The notes: generated by a model not told the origin, from the letters alone. Counted from the stretch's first letter, positions 28,569-40,259 are shown. The stretch is DNA of 64,000 nucleotides from an uncultured bacterium (GCA_963749495.1 CAVVMW010000021.1:256001-320000); one strand, 5' to 3'. Numbers and translations are program-made.

Positions 28569-29810
28569 TCATGGCGGCCTGATGGTGCGGCGGACGCCGA
28601 CGGGGGAGCCGTCGGGCAAGGAGATGACCTTTTGTCCTGGGCGCCAGGAGCCGACCAGGACCAGCCCGGTGCCACAATGCGGACAAAGCAGGCCTGCCTG
28701 CCGGACAGGCAGGGGTGTGGGCTGGGCGCAGACTCCTTGAGCGGCCAAGGGCGGGTCAGTCGGCGGGCTGGAGGTCGGAGGCTGCCAAGCGGCTTTCTCG
28801 GCCGCGGAGAGTAAGGGCGGTATTTTGAGCAGGGCTCGGACGCGGTTGAACTGGGCGCGGCCCCCGGGATGGAGCCAGCCAAAGCGGCGGACCCGATGGA
28901 ATCTGAGCGGCAGGACGTGCTGGAGGAAGCGGCGGAGGAACTCGAAGGGGGCCATGTCCATGTGGCCCCAAGCCCCCGTGGCACTGTGGCGGAAGGGCCA
29001 GCGCAAGCGTCCGTCAGGCAGCAATTGGAGTTGGCGATTGCCGGTGGCGGTTTTAAACACGTAACGGCTGAGGTAGCGCAACGCGTTTTGGCCCCTGCCG
29101 ACAGCAGCGCTGTGAACGACCCAGCGTTGCTGCCAGACTTCGGCCAGCAGGAGGGCAAGGGCCTCGGGCATCTGCTTTTGGAGTGCCGCCTGGAAAAGCG
29201 TGCGGGAGCGATCGCTCAGGGCTTTGACCGGCAACAGGAACCGAGGGCGGCTGGAGATCCACTGGCGCTGATCTGGGCTGAGGCCGCCGCCGGGGACCAG
29301 GTAGTGGACGTGGGGATGGTATTCGAGGGTGCGCGTCCAGGTGTGGAGCACCCCCAGCATACCGAGGGTGGCGCCGAGGCGTTTGGGATTTTGAGCCAGA
29401 TCCTGCAGGGCCTGGGAACTGGCGGCCAGGAGCAGGTCATAGCCCTTTTGGGGGTGAGAGCGAATCCAGCGGCGCAAGCCTTCGGGCACGGTGAAGGTGA
29501 GCAGGAAATAGTTCACCGGCAGCAACAGGGCGGTATTCTCATCGAGCCACTGCTGGGCATCCTGGCCGCCGCACTGCGGACAGTGCCGGTCGTTGCAGGA
29601 GTGGTAGCTGAAGTGGCGGTGGTCGCACTTGGGGCAATAGTACATCGCCCCGCCCAGGGCCGCGGTGCGGCAAACCAAAAGGTTTTGCAGCACCTGGCGC
29701 TGGCGGGTGGGCATGGCAGCTCCGAACTGCTCCAGATAGGCCGGAGCCCATCGGCACAACACGTCGTGGACGGATAAGGAGCTGCCGCTGCGCTGAGCGG
29801 CTGCGGCCAT
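28569..29810 (-). CDS. IS91-family (HUH/Y2) transposase with Zn-binding domain
   Basis: CRT..LGG, SCNDRHCPQC, FTVP, LHTW, HPHVH, YLSRY, FLQHVLP, FHRVRRFG. Confidence 0.95.
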   Translation of the reverse strand: MAAAAQRSGSSLSVHDVLCRWAPAYLEQFGAAMPTRQRQVLQNLLVCRTAALGGAMYYCPKCDHRHFSYHSCNDRHCPQCGGQDAQQWLDENTALLLPVNYFLLTFTVPEGLRRWIRSHPQKGYDLLLAASSQALQDLAQNPKRLGATLGMLGVLHTWTRTLEYHPHVHYLVPGGGLSPDQRQWISSRPRFLLPVKALSDRSRTLFQAALQKQMPEALALLLAEVWQQRWVVHSAAVGRGQNALRYLSRYVFKTATGNRQLQLLPDGRLRWPFRHSATGAWGHMDMAPFEFLRRFLQHVLPLRFHRVRRFGWLHPGGRAQFNRVRALLKIPPLLSAAEKAAWQPPTSSPPTDPPLAAQGVCAQPTPLPVRQAGLLCPHCGTGLVLVGSWRPGQKVISLPDGSPVGVRRTIRPP

Positions 29811-29821
29811 TTAGAGGCCGC

Positions 29822-30711
29822 CTAGAGGTCGCCCATGAATTTGTTAATGCGCTGCTGGTGCTGAGTCTGACAGAGGGTGGTTAAGTGGGTGTAGATGACG
29901 GTGGTGACGGGGCTGTGATGGCCGAGGTTGACCTGCAATTGGCGGAGGTTTTCGCCTTGCTCCAGCAGGTGGGTGGCATAGCTGTGGCGCAGCGTATGAA
30001 TGTGGGCGGCCTTCCTGATGCCGCTGGCGCGCAGGGCCCGGCGGAAGGCTTGTTGCAGCGTGCTGCGGTCCATGGGCTCTGTGGCGGTAGCAGCGCCCAG
30101 ACCGCTGTGGCCTTTAGCTGGGAAGAGCCATCGTGGATGGCGGTGGCTGCGCCAGAGCTCGCGCAGCAGTTCGAGCGTGCGCTGGGGCAAGGGCACGTAA
30201 CGGTCGCGGTTGCCTTTGCCCGCCCGGATGTGGAGGAACATCCGTTGGGAATCAATGTCGCCGACTTCCAGGTTGACGGCTTCGCCCAAGCGCAGGCCAC
30301 AGGAGTAGATCGTTGTCAGGGCGACCCGATGGTCCAGAGGGGCAACCCGGGCGATAATTGTGCGCACCTCGGCGGCCGAGAGGATAACTGGCAGCTTGAA
30401 TTGGGGTGTGGCGCGCACAAACTCCAGTTCCGCCGGCCAGGGCCGCTGGAGGGTTTTCTCCCAGAAGAGTTTGATGGCACACAAAGCCTGCGTGGAGGTT
30501 TGGCGGGCCAAGTGCCGCTGGGTCTTGAGATGGATGAAATACTGGCGGAGTTCCTCGGCGCTGACCAAGTCGGGCGAGCGCTCAAAGTGATCGGAGAGTT
30601 GGCGCACACAGACCCAGTAGATCTCTTGGCTTCGGGGCTGGAGCGGCAGCAGAATCAGGTCATCGGCAAAGCGGTTCAGGATTGCGTGAGGAGAACTTTT
30701 TTTATATGCAT
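29822..30711 (-). CDS. Tyrosine recombinase/integrase
   Basis: YSCGLRLGE, GKGNRDR, HTLRHSYATHLLE, LGH, TVIY. Likely ATG at 30711 comes into frame if the A7 run is A8. Confidence 0.93.
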
Positions 30712-30940
30712 AGCTGCGGTACAGATTAATGTTGACGGTTTGCCGTGCGTCAGTGCATGGCGAACCGTCATCAGTCTGTGGGAGTCCCGGCCATAGGCCA
30801 ACGCAAAACCAGCCCTCCAGCCTGCGAACTGCGGAGCCGCAGCAGTTCCGTCTTCTCCGCCGCGTAGCGGCTTCGTTCAACCCTGGGCTGAGTGATTGTA
30901 TCCCTTCGGGATGGGGGAGCTGTGCGCGATGGGCGCCAGC

Positions 30941-31075
30941 GTAGCGCAGGTTTCCAAACCTGCTGTATCGCGGGTTTCCAAACCCGCAGGCCGTCCGCAA
31001 ACCGGGTGCGTTCGACATGCCAACGTCCTGCCGATTGGAAATCGCCGATACAGCAGGTTTGGAAACCTGCGCTAC
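30941..31075. repeat. GTAG-type REP doublet (REPIN-like)
   Basis: GTAGCGCAGGTTTCCAAACCTGCTGTATCG...CGATACAGCAGGTTTGGAAACCTGCGCTAC, long perfect inverted repeat. Confidence 0.9.
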
Positions 31076-31185
31076 GCCTTTGTCAACGGCGCTCCTCCCG
31101 ACGCTCCACTCCCCCCGTTTTGTCTTGACCCGGGCAGGCGCTCGGGGTGCGATGCAGGCAACGCAGAGCACAGCATCTATTGGAT

Positions 31186-32642
31186 ATGAACAGAGCGCCA
31201 GCGGCAGCCGCGTCCGGGTCCCTCGCAGATTCCCACGGGGATTCTCTCGGGTTGGTCTTGTTTGCCACGGCCGTGGCGGCCATTGGCGGTTTTCTCTTCG
31301 GCTACGACACCGCAGTCATCAACGGGGCCAACACTTACCTCAAGAGCCACTTCACCTTGGGCTCGGGTGAGGAAGGGCTGGCCGGGGCGAGCGCGATCCT
31401 GGGCTGCATCCCCGGGGCGATGTTCGCCGGCTTCCTCAGCGACCGGTTCGGGCGCAAGAAGCTCCTGTTTTTCTGCGCCATTCTCTATGCCGTGTCGGGC
31501 GTGCTCTCGGCGGTGCCGCGCACCTTCCACGAGTTCCTGCTCGCGCGTTTCCTGAGCGGGCTGGGGATCGGGGCGTCCTCGATGATCTGCCCGGTTTATA
31601 TTGCCGAGATCGCCCCGGAGCGGTGGCGGGGGCGTCTGGGCTCGCTATTCCAGCTTGGCATCGTGACGGGCATTTTCCTGACACTCTGGGTGAACAAGCT
31701 GGTGCAGGGTCTTGGGGATGACCCGTGGAATGCGAGCATGGGCTGGCGGTGGATGCTGGGCCTGGAGGCGGCCCCGGCGGTGCTGTTCATCCTCCTGTTG
31801 TTCGCGGTGCCCGAGAGCCGCGCTGGCTGGCCAACCACGGGCGCGAGGACGAGGCGCGCGGCATCCTGGCGCGCATCGGCGGCGGCGCGCACGCGGAGCA
31901 GGAGCTCGGCGCCATCCGCGCCGCCATGGGCGAGGAGGCAGGTCGCTTTTCCGAGCTCTTCAGCCGCACCTACTCGAAGCCGTTGCTCATCGCCGTGGCC
32001 CTGATGATTGGGTCGCAATTCTGCGGGATCAACGCCATTATCTATTACTCGACGAAGATCTTCGAGACGGCGGCTACCGCGCAGAGCGCGGGGGCCAGCG
32101 CGCTGCACGCCGCCGCGTCTGCCGCCGCGGTGAAGCGGGCGGCGTTCGAGGCGACGGCCTGGGTGGGGCTGGTCAACCTGCTCTTCACGTTCGTGGCGAT
32201 TGGCCTTGTGGACCTGGCTGGCCGGCGGCCGTTGTTGCTGGCGGGCACCGCCGTGCAGACCGTTGCCCTCGGCTTGGTGGGCTGGATGCTCCACGCCCAC
32301 ATGAGCGTCGCGCCGCTCATGGCGTGCATCATGGTCTTCATCGCTGCTTTCGCCAGCGCCATGGGGCCGATCCCGTGGATCTTCTGTTCCGAGATCTTTC
32401 CCAACAAAGTCCGGGGCCGGGCGATGTCCATCGCCACGTTCACCATCTGGAGTTCCTGTTACGTGGTGGCCCAGACCTTCCCGATGCTCAACGACAGCAA
32501 GGCCGTTGGTCCGGTCCTGACCTTCGGGCTTTACGGCGGGGTGAGCCTCCTGACCTTCATTTTCGTCTGCCTGGCGGTGCCCGAAACCAAGGGGCGCACC
32601 CTCGAAGAAATCGAGGCCTCGTGGAGGACGAGGCCCCGCTGA
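31186..32642 (+). CDS. Sugar porter family MFS transporter; frameshift near 31817
   Basis: GGFLFGYDTAVING, SDRFGRK, PES/RWL, GINAIIYY, SEIFP, PETKGRTLEEIE. Confidence 0.93.
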
Positions 32643-32701
32643 TGCATTTCGTACACTGCCGGGGGTAATGCCTCAGCAAGGCGGAAACAGAGTCCGCCGC
32701 G

Positions 32702-32851
32702 GACCCCTCACCCCAACCCTCTCCCCGTCCGACGGGGAGAGGGAGAGGCGTCGGCAGTCTCTTGAACTTCCACGCGTCTCTGCTTGCTCGAGCGGCTGCG
32801 GAGAATCCTCCCTCTCCCCATCCGATGGGGAGAGGGTCGGGGTGAGGGGTC
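32702..32851. repeat. 150-bp palindromic element, family B
   Basis: Same TIRs and internal sequence (inverted) as 10586-10735. Confidence 0.9.
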
Positions 32852-33017
32852 TGCCCGCGGTGCTGCCCCCGCTTTCACTGAGAAGGTGTGAAAAAATGCC
32901 AAAACGCACAACATCCGCGAAAACATCCCTCGGTTTTCCTGGGGATTTTGCAGATTTTTGCGGGCCTTGGCCACAGGAATCGATTTTTTGACACCTTCTG
33001 AGGCCTTACTGTCCGGG

Positions 33018-34481
33018 CTACCGTCGCAGGCCCTTCAACTGCCGCGCCTCGGGTCTGGCGGCGTAGTAGTCATCCAGGGGGTAGCAGCCGCTGATGAGGC
33101 CGTTGCGGGGGGCGGTGGTGCAATCGCTGAAGGTGCGGCACAGGAGCCGGGTCTGGAGCCTGCCGTGGGTCAGGGCGTCCGAAAAGATGGCCGGGTAGGC
33201 CAGGACCATGCGGCCGATGCCGACCAGGTCGATCCATCCATTGCGGACCACCCCTTGGGCGACCTGCGGGAGAAACTCCTGCAGGTAGGAATAGGCGGAG
33301 CCGACCAGGAGGATGCCCGCTGGGGCGCGCCCCTTGACCTGGCGCGCGGCCTGGACCTGGCGGGCAACGCCGATCAGCGGGTCTTCGGGCGGCTGGTAAC
33401 CGTCCGAGGGCGGATAGGCGGCCGGGCGTTGGATGTGGGGATTGTAGTAAGGCGAGCCGGCGCTGAGGTTGACGAGCTTGACGCCGAGCTCCCGGCACAA
33501 TTCAACAAAGCGAAACGTCTCGGCGAGGTCGTATTGGGCCGGGTCATCCGGGTTGACGCCGAAGGCGTAGCGATAGGGCAGGCACTGGGAGAACTCCTCG
33601 GGAATGCCTGGCCCTGGCTTGCCCGGCGCGGACAGGGCCGGGTCCGGGCGGAAGGGCACCAAGTCGAAGGCGCTCAAGCGCACGGCCAAGTCGATGGGAT
33701 TGCCCGAGGCGCGGATGGCGCGGACGATGTCGCGGAGGATGCGGGTGCGGTTTTCGAACGGGCCCCCGTACTGGCCCGGGCGGGCATAGGCGCTGAGAAA
33801 CTCGTGAAGGAGATAACCGTGGCAGTGTTTGATATCGACGAAATCGGCGCCAACGTCCCAGGCGAGTCTGGCCGCCCGGACATAGTCCTCGATGAGGGCC
33901 TCGATTTGGGCATCGGTCCAGACCTGGTCCGGGCTGGTGACGTTGAACCGGCGGTCGAGGATGGGGTGGCGATAGGCAACGCGGGGCTCGAGGCGGAAGT
34001 GGTCGTTGGGTTTGCAGAAGCGCCCGGAATGGGTGAGTTGGAAACCGATGACCAGGTCATCGGCCGTGCCGTGGCGCTGGCGGTGGGCCTCGACGAGGGT
34101 CTCGCGCAGTTTGGCCAGGCCCGCCTTGTTCTCTTCACGGATGACGAGCTGGTTGGGGTTTGCACGGCCGTCCGGGCGCACCGCCATGGCCTCGCCGCCA
34201 AAGATGAGCTTGGCCCCGCTCTGCCCAAACCGCTGCCAGCGCCGGAGCACCGGTTCGGTAATGCCCCCGCTCGGCGAGGCGTCCCAGCCTTCCATAGGCT
34301 GCACCGCGCAACGGTTGCCGATTCGCTTGCCGTTGATGAGGACGCCCTCGACGGGCCGGCCCAGCGGCGAGGCGCTGCCGCTGAGGATTTGGTCGTCACA
34401 GGGCAGTTCGATCCCAAGCGACGCCAGATGCCTGCGGAATTCCTCGGCATTCTTGAGAGAAGGGACCCGCTGGAATTTCAT
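33018..34481 (-). CDS. NADH:flavin oxidoreductase (Old Yellow Enzyme family)
   Basis: QPMEGWD, QLTHSGR, DIKHCHGYLLHEFL, YGGPFENRTR. Confidence 0.92.
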   Translation of the reverse strand: MKFQRVPSLKNAEEFRRHLASLGIELPCDDQILSGSASPLGRPVEGVLINGKRIGNRCAVQPMEGWDASPSGGITEPVLRRWQRFGQSGAKLIFGGEAMAVRPDGRANPNQLVIREENKAGLAKLRETLVEAHRQRHGTADDLVIGFQLTHSGRFCKPNDHFRLEPRVAYRHPILDRRFNVTSPDQVWTDAQIEALIEDYVRAARLAWDVGADFVDIKHCHGYLLHEFLSAYARPGQYGGPFENRTRILRDIVRAIRASGNPIDLAVRLSAFDLVPFRPDPALSAPGKPGPGIPEEFSQCLPYRYAFGVNPDDPAQYDLAETFRFVELCRELGVKLVNLSAGSPYYNPHIQRPAAYPPSDGYQPPEDPLIGVARQVQAARQVKGRAPAGILLVGSAYSYLQEFLPQVAQGVVRNGWIDLVGIGRMVLAYPAIFSDALTHGRLQTRLLCRTFSDCTTAPRNGLISGCYPLDDYYAARPEARQLKGLRR

Positions 34482-35893
34482 GACTCAAAGAACGTAGGGT
34501 ACTTGTCGCCTCGCGCTTCGCGCAGGAGCAGCACCGCCAGTTCGCGCGCGTGGTAGTCGCCCCACATCGAGCTTTCGCCGTTGGGGACTTTCTGGCCCGG
34601 CAGGATGCGGTCCCAGCCGCCGGGCCGGTGATAGACCGAGTGGAGCAGCAGGCCCTGGTGCCTCGGAGCGGCCGACAGATAGGGGTCGTCGAACAGGGTA
34701 TTGGCCACGGTCAGCCCCGCCTGGCGATAGCGGGCGCCGAGCCGGGTCCGGCCTTTGGCGGCGAGGTGATTCCCGAGGCGGACCAGGCCCTGGGCGGCGA
34801 TGGCGGCGGCCGAGCTGTCGACGGGTTCCCACGGGTTGAACGGGTCGGCGGCGCGGTCCAGGTAATCGCCCAGGCGGTGCAAATTCGGGGCCCCGGTGTC
34901 CCACATCGGAACGCCGTCGGCGCAGGAATTGGCGAGGTAAAAGTCCGCCGTGGCCAGCGCCGCGGCCGAGAACCAGGCCGTGGCCGACTCCAGTGTGGAG
35001 GCCTGGGCTTGAGCGGAGCGCAGGCGATTCCGCGAGCCAGCGGGGCGCCCGGCTCGCAACGTCTGGAGAAACTCCAGTTGCTCGGCGTAGCCCAGCAGGG
35101 CCCACGCCAGCCCGCGCGTCCACGTCGTGAAAGGCGAATAGCCCTGCTGCGAGCTGGGACAGCGGTAGGTGCCGTCATTCACATTGAAGAGGCTCTCGTG
35201 GGCGGTGCGGCCGCCCACGTCGTAGAGGTCGCGCCCCTGGCCATAATAGACGTTGTAGCGGGCCGTGCACTCCCCGTGCTCCAGGAGGCGCTGCAAGAGG
35301 CAGATCTTCCGATCGCCCTCGCCCAGGAGCGCGTGGCCCAGTTGATGCGCCACGGCCAGCGAGCGCAACGAGCGCATGGTGTCCACAAACAGGGAATGGG
35401 GGCCGTTGAACGAATAAATGAAGCCCAGCCCGCCGGCCACAGGGGTCCAGCGCGCGGCCTGCACCGCCCCGGAGACCTTGAGGGCCAGTTCGTAGGTCTG
35501 CATCTCGCGCGGGTCGAAGGGTATCTTGCCCTCCCGCATCAGGCGCCGGAGATTGCCGTAAGTCGAGATGTTATTGAACCCGTGGTCGTGAACTCCGACA
35601 TGCGAGACATGCGCCGCCATTACCTCGATGGTCTTGCGCCGGCCAATCTCCAGAAAGCGCCCCTCGCCGGCGGCGTCGAACTGGAGCAGGGCGGAGCCGA
35701 ATTGGAAACCTTGCGTCCACTCGGTCCAGCCGCGCGTGGTGTAGTGGCCGCGGGCAGTGAACACGGGCGTGCCGCGGGCCGGGTCCCAGCGCTTCTCGAT
35801 GTCCAGGATCTTGCCGGCGGAAAGCTCGAGCAACCGGTTCAATTTGGGCGCAAGTTGTTTGGCGGTGAGAACGGAGTCGATTTTCAGGGCCAT
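34478..35893 (-). CDS. GH88-like unsaturated glucuronyl hydrolase
   Basis: WTQGF, HDHGF, QQGYSPFTTWTRG, DSSAAAIA, WGDY. Confidence 0.85.
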   Translation of the reverse strand: MALKIDSVLTAKQLAPKLNRLLELSAGKILDIEKRWDPARGTPVFTARGHYTTRGWTEWTQGFQFGSALLQFDAAGEGRFLEIGRRKTIEVMAAHVSHVGVHDHGFNNISTYGNLRRLMREGKIPFDPREMQTYELALKVSGAVQAARWTPVAGGLGFIYSFNGPHSLFVDTMRSLRSLAVAHQLGHALLGEGDRKICLLQRLLEHGECTARYNVYYGQGRDLYDVGGRTAHESLFNVNDGTYRCPSSQQGYSPFTTWTRGLAWALLGYAEQLEFLQTLRAGRPAGSRNRLRSAQAQASTLESATAWFSAAALATADFYLANSCADGVPMWDTGAPNLHRLGDYLDRAADPFNPWEPVDSSAAAIAAQGLVRLGNHLAAKGRTRLGARYRQAGLTVANTLFDDPYLSAAPRHQGLLLHSVYHRPGGWDRILPGQKVPNGESSMWGDYHARELAVLLLREARGDKYPTFFES

Positions 35894-35912
35894 AGGCGGG
35901 TGCTTCTGAGAC

Positions 35913-36710
35913 TCACAATCTGCGCAAATGGAACCCGCCGTCCACATTGAGGACCTCGCCGGTGCTGAACGGCAGGAGGTCCTGGACGATGGCGGCGACG
36001 GCCTTGGCAACGTCTTCGGGCGTGCCCCACCGCTGGATGGGCGTCAGGCCGCCGGCGATGAGCCGGTCATAGTGCTCCTTGACCGGGCTGGTCATGTCGG
36101 TGGCAATGATGCCGGGGCGGATTTCATAGACGTTGATGCCGTATTGGGCCAGGCGGGCGGCGAAGAGGGGCGTGAGCATGGCCAGGGCGGCCTTGGCGAG
36201 GCAGTAGTCGCCCCGGTTGACCGATGCGGTGTAGGCGCTGATCGAGGTGATGGTGATGATCTTGGGGCGGAAAGGAGCGGCGGGCGCGCCGGCGCGGGTC
36301 TGCTCGATCATCCAGCGGGCGGCGAGTTGGGTCAGAAAATAGGGGCCTTTGAGATTGACATTGATGAGCCGGTCAAAGCTCTCTTCGGTGGCTTCCAGGA
36401 TGTCGGCGCGCACCTCTGGGGCCACGCCGGCATTGTTGACCAGGAGATCGAGCCGCCCGAACAAGGACCGGGTCAGGTCGAGGACTTTCTGCCGATCCGC
36501 GGCGCAACCGATGTCCCCCGGGCAAATCTCGGCGCGGATGGACTTGCCCTGGCTCCGGGCCGCGGCCAGGCAGTCGGCGGCGGTCTGGCGCGCAGCCTCG
36601 AGGTTTCGGGCGTAGCCCAGGACCAGGTCGGTCCCCAGCCTGGCCAGCTCCAGGGCAATGCCGCGTCCAATGCCGCGCGAGGCGCCGGTGATTAGGGCTG
36701 CTGCACTCAT
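35913..36710 (-). CDS. SDR oxidoreductase (3-ketoacyl-ACP reductase-like)
   Basis: [21 protein letters not shown]. Confidence 0.93.
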   Translation of the reverse strand: MSAAALITGASRGIGRGIALELARLGTDLVLGYARNLEAARQTAADCLAAARSQGKSIRAEICPGDIGCAADRQKVLDLTRSLFGRLDLLVNNAGVAPEVRADILEATEESFDRLINVNLKGPYFLTQLAARWMIEQTRAGAPAAPFRPKIITITSISAYTASVNRGDYCLAKAALAMLTPLFAARLAQYGINVYEIRPGIIATDMTSPVKEHYDRLIAGGLTPIQRWGTPEDVAKAVAAIVQDLLPFSTGEVLNVDGGFHLRRL

Positions 36711-36748
36711 GCATGGCCAGGATAGGGTACAGACGGGCCAGGGAAAGA

Positions 36749-37682
36749 TCATTTGCCGTCCAGGGCGTCGGACAGGCTCCGGACCGGATCGAGCTGCTCT
36801 GGCCTGGGATTGAGGACCAGGCGCAGGTAGGCGATGGCATCAGCAATGGTCTTGACCGAGCGCGGCAGGGTTGCGGCGCTGGCATTGGCATGGCCGCCGC
36901 CCTGGAGCGTTTCGGCGACCTTAAGGGCCTCGCCGTTCCGGCTGCGGACGCTGGCAATCATGGCACCGGTTGCGCGGCGAAAGAGCGTCAGGAGCACCGG
37001 GTAGTTGGAGACCCGCTGCTCGAGCAATTGGTGAACGATGAGGTTGTTGTTCCCGACGACTGTGTTGACAAAGCCGACGGCGGGGGTGATCTGGACGATG
37101 TTCTCCCGGCTCCACGCCAGGCCGATCGGGTCTTCGATGCGGCGCTTGACGGCCATGACTTCGAGCAACGGATGATCCAAGAGCCTCTCGAGCTGGCCTC
37201 CGATGAGCGCGTGCAGGTTCCAGAACTGGTAGATCTTGACCAGGTTGGCGTAGTCGCTGGCGAGGACGAAATCCGGGTCGTCCTCCAGGAACAGGTCCGC
37301 CACGTTGTTCAGGTGGACCAGCCGGTCCAGGGCCGGCGAGCCCAGGCCGTGCTCCCGGCACAACTCATAGCAGAGCAGCCCGGCGGACTTGCCGACATCG
37401 TGAACCAGAATGGCGTTGCGCGCCGGCAGGCTCCGTCGCGTGATGATCGATCACCGCCCAGTTCGGCTTGTCCAGGCGCGGCTCGAAGCTCAGGTCCGAC
37501 ACCCAGGCGGAGCGCTCGCGCAATTCCCGCTGCCGCCACGTGTGATAGTGATAGGCCTCCAGGCGCACCTCCGTGTTGAACAGCCGCTGCGCCAGGCGGC
37601 CCAGCAACACGCCGGCCACAAGCCCATCGAGATCGCTCTCGTGAGTGATGATCACTTCCGGTCTTGGCAAGCTATTCGTCAT
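36749..37682 (-). CDS. DHH/DHHA1 family phosphoesterase; frameshift near 37425
   Basis: HESDLDG, VSDL, IDHH, SVRS, GGGHANA. Confidence 0.88.
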
Positions 37683-37963
37683 TCAACCACAATAGCGGAA
37701 TCCGCCCCCGCTGGCCAGCGGCGAAAACGTCAACCGCCAGGCCTTAAATGCGTCTGCCCTGTTTTTATGCTGGACTTGCCGGGATTTTTGTGTCTTCCTC
37801 TTGCCCCGGCCTTGTAACGAGGGGTCAATCGTTGCGGGCAAATGGGGCTGAGGGCGGGTGACCGGTGAGCGGTGAGCACGGCGGGTTTCGCAGGGGCGCA
37901 AGACTAATCCCTTTTGTCACCAAGGGCCCGCGGACAGGCGATTCGGACGGTCTTTTTTGCAGT

Positions 37964-39009
37964 ATGACGACAGCGAGCATTCAAAGAACACAATTCGGCA
38001 AGTTGGCGGATGGCACGCCAGTCGAGCTTTTCACCCTCACCAACGCCAACGGCTTGGTGGCCAAGATCACCAACTACGGCACGATTATCACGGAATTGCA
38101 CGTCCCGGACCGGACCGGACGGCTGGGGGACGTCGTTCTCGGTTTCGACAACCTGGCCCAATATCTAGGCGGGCATCCCTGCTTTGGGTGCACCGTAGGG
38201 CGTGTGGCCAACCGGATCGGCAAAGGGCGCTTTACGCTCGATGGCAAGGTCTATTGCCTGGCGATCAACAACGGCCCCAATCACCTGCACGGGGGTCTCA
38301 AAGGCTTCGACAAAGTCCTGTGGCAGGCCGAGCCGCAGCCAGACGCCGCCGCGGTCAAGTTCAGCTACACCAGCCCTGACGGCGAGGAAGGCTATCCCGG
38401 CACCGTCAACGCCCAGGTCACGATGAGCCTGACGGATGCCAACGAGTTGCGCATCAATTACACCGCCGTCACCGACAAATCGACCCCGGTCAACCTCACC
38501 AATCATTCCTATTTCAACCTGGCCGGGCAAGGGGACATCCTGGCCCATGAACTGATGCTGGCGGCGGACTTTTACACGCCCGCCGATGACGGCCTGATCC
38601 CCACAGGCGAGATACGGCCGGTCAAAGGCACGCCGCTGGACTTTACCCATCCGCAGCCCATCGGGTCCAGGTTCTCCCAACTCGCCGGCGAGCCGGTCGG
38701 CTACGACCACAATTTTGTTCTGAACCGGGGCGGAAGCGGCCTGGCCCTGGCCGCGCGCGTCTCCGACCCCGGACCGGGCGCGTCCTGGAAGTCCTGACCA
38801 CCCAGCCGGGCGTACAGCTCTATACGGCCAATTACCTGGACGGCGCGCTCACCGGCAAGTACGGGATCGTCTATCGGCGTCACGCCGCGTTCTGCCTCGA
38901 GACACAGCATTATCCCGATTCGGTCAACAAACCCTCATTCCCCTCGGTCATCCTGCGTCCCGGACGGACCTACCGGCAGACCACGGTGCATAAGTTTACC
39001 GCAAAATGA
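37964..39009 (+). CDS. galM: Aldose 1-epimerase; frameshift near 38775
   Basis: GRVANRI, HLHGG, NLTNHSYFNL, GYDHN; downstream frame QPGVQLYT, CLETQ. Confidence 0.93.
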
Positions 39010-40193
39010 TTCCCCCCATGAGCCTCAATGAGCTTGCCAGCCTGACCACTAAAGAATTCGAAAAGGCCTTCGCGCGCGCGCCCCGGTGGGTCGCGGCGGC
39101 GCCGGGGCGGGTCAACGTCATCGGCGAACACACCGATTACAACGACGGGTTCGTGCTCCCGATGGCGATTGAACGCTACACGGTCATCGCCGCGGCGCCG
39201 GCTGCGGGCGCGGGCCAGATCGTCCGCCTCCGCTCGACGCTCGGCGATGGGGTGGCCGCCATTGATCTGCGCCGGCCCCTGAGTCCCGCCCCCAAAGGCA
39301 CATGGTTCAATTACCCCTTGGGGGTCATTGCGGGATTCCTGGCGCGCGGCGCCCGGCCCGGCGGGTTCGACGCCCTCATCCACTCGAACGTGCCGTTTGG
39401 CGGCGGTGTCTCCAGCAGCGCCGCCCTGGAAGTGGCAACGGCCACGCTGCTGGAGGCGATGACCGGGCGCACGCTCGACCCACTCGAAAAGGCCCTGCTC
39501 TGCCAAAAGGCCGAGCATGACTACGCCGGGATGCCTTGCGGCATCATGGACCAATTCATCTCCGTGATGGGCAGAAAAGACCATTTGTTGCTGTTGGACT
39601 GCCGCTCCCGCAAACCCGAATTGGTGCCCATGACCGACCCGTCGGTGGCCCTGCTCATCACCAATACCAATGTGAAACACGAGTTGACCGGGGGCGGCTA
39701 CGCCAAACGCCGCGCCCAGTGCGAGGAGGCGGCGCAAGCGCTCGGCGTGCCCTCGCTGCGCAACGCCACTGCCGGCATGCTCCAAAGCGCCGACGGCAAG
39801 CTGGATCCGGTCGTCTATCGCCGCGCCCGCCACGTCATCGCCGAAATCGAGCGCACCGTCCGTGCCGCCCAAGCCGTGCGCGCCTCCAACTGGCCTGCCC
39901 TGGGCCAACTGATGTATGCCAGCCATGCCTCCCTGCGCGATGATTACGAGGTGAGCTGCGCCGAATTGGATGCAGTCGTCGAGATCGCCCAAACCATCGG
40001 CCCCAACGGCGGCGTCCTGGGTTGCCGCATGACCGGGGGCGGCTTCGGTGGCTGCACCGTCGCCCTGGTCCGCGCCGACGCCTTGGACGCCGTCTCGGAC
40101 CGCATCGCCGACGGTTACGAAAAACGCACGCAGATCAAACCCTCCCTGTTCGTCTCCCGCCCGGCCCAGGGCGCCACGCTCCTGAAAGGATAG
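39006..40193 (+). CDS. galK: Galactokinase
   Basis: PGRVNVIGEHTDYN, SSSAALE, CGIMDQ, RMTGGGFGGC. Confidence 0.96.
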   Translation: MIPPMSLNELASLTTKEFEKAFARAPRWVAAAPGRVNVIGEHTDYNDGFVLPMAIERYTVIAAAPAAGAGQIVRLRSTLGDGVAAIDLRRPLSPAPKGTWFNYPLGVIAGFLARGARPGGFDALIHSNVPFGGGVSSSAALEVATATLLEAMTGRTLDPLEKALLCQKAEHDYAGMPCGIMDQFISVMGRKDHLLLLDCRSRKPELVPMTDPSVALLITNTNVKHELTGGGYAKRRAQCEEAAQALGVPSLRNATAGMLQSADGKLDPVVYRRARHVIAEIERTVRAAQAVRASNWPALGQLMYASHASLRDDYEVSCAELDAVVEIAQTIGPNGGVLGCRMTGGGFGGCTVALVRADALDAVSDRIADGYEKRTQIKPSLFVSRPAQGATLLKG

Positions 40194-40259
40194 GGATCAA
40201 TCGTTACAGGGGCTGGCTCGGGACTTGAATCTAAAGACCAATCATGAGACAAGGGAGGC

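Larger units (their letters stand above)
28280..30883 (-). mobile_element. Tyrosine recombinase + IS91-type transposase element
   Basis: Perfect 17-bp inverted repeat GGGTTGAACGAAGCCGC (28280-28296) / GCGGCTTCGTTCAACCC (30867-30883) enclosing the two genes. Confidence 0.85.

Noticed and set aside
30712..31171. Long N-terminal extension of the integrase
   Set aside because: It runs through the element end and a REP doublet; a nearer ATG fits if one A was lost from a homopolymer.
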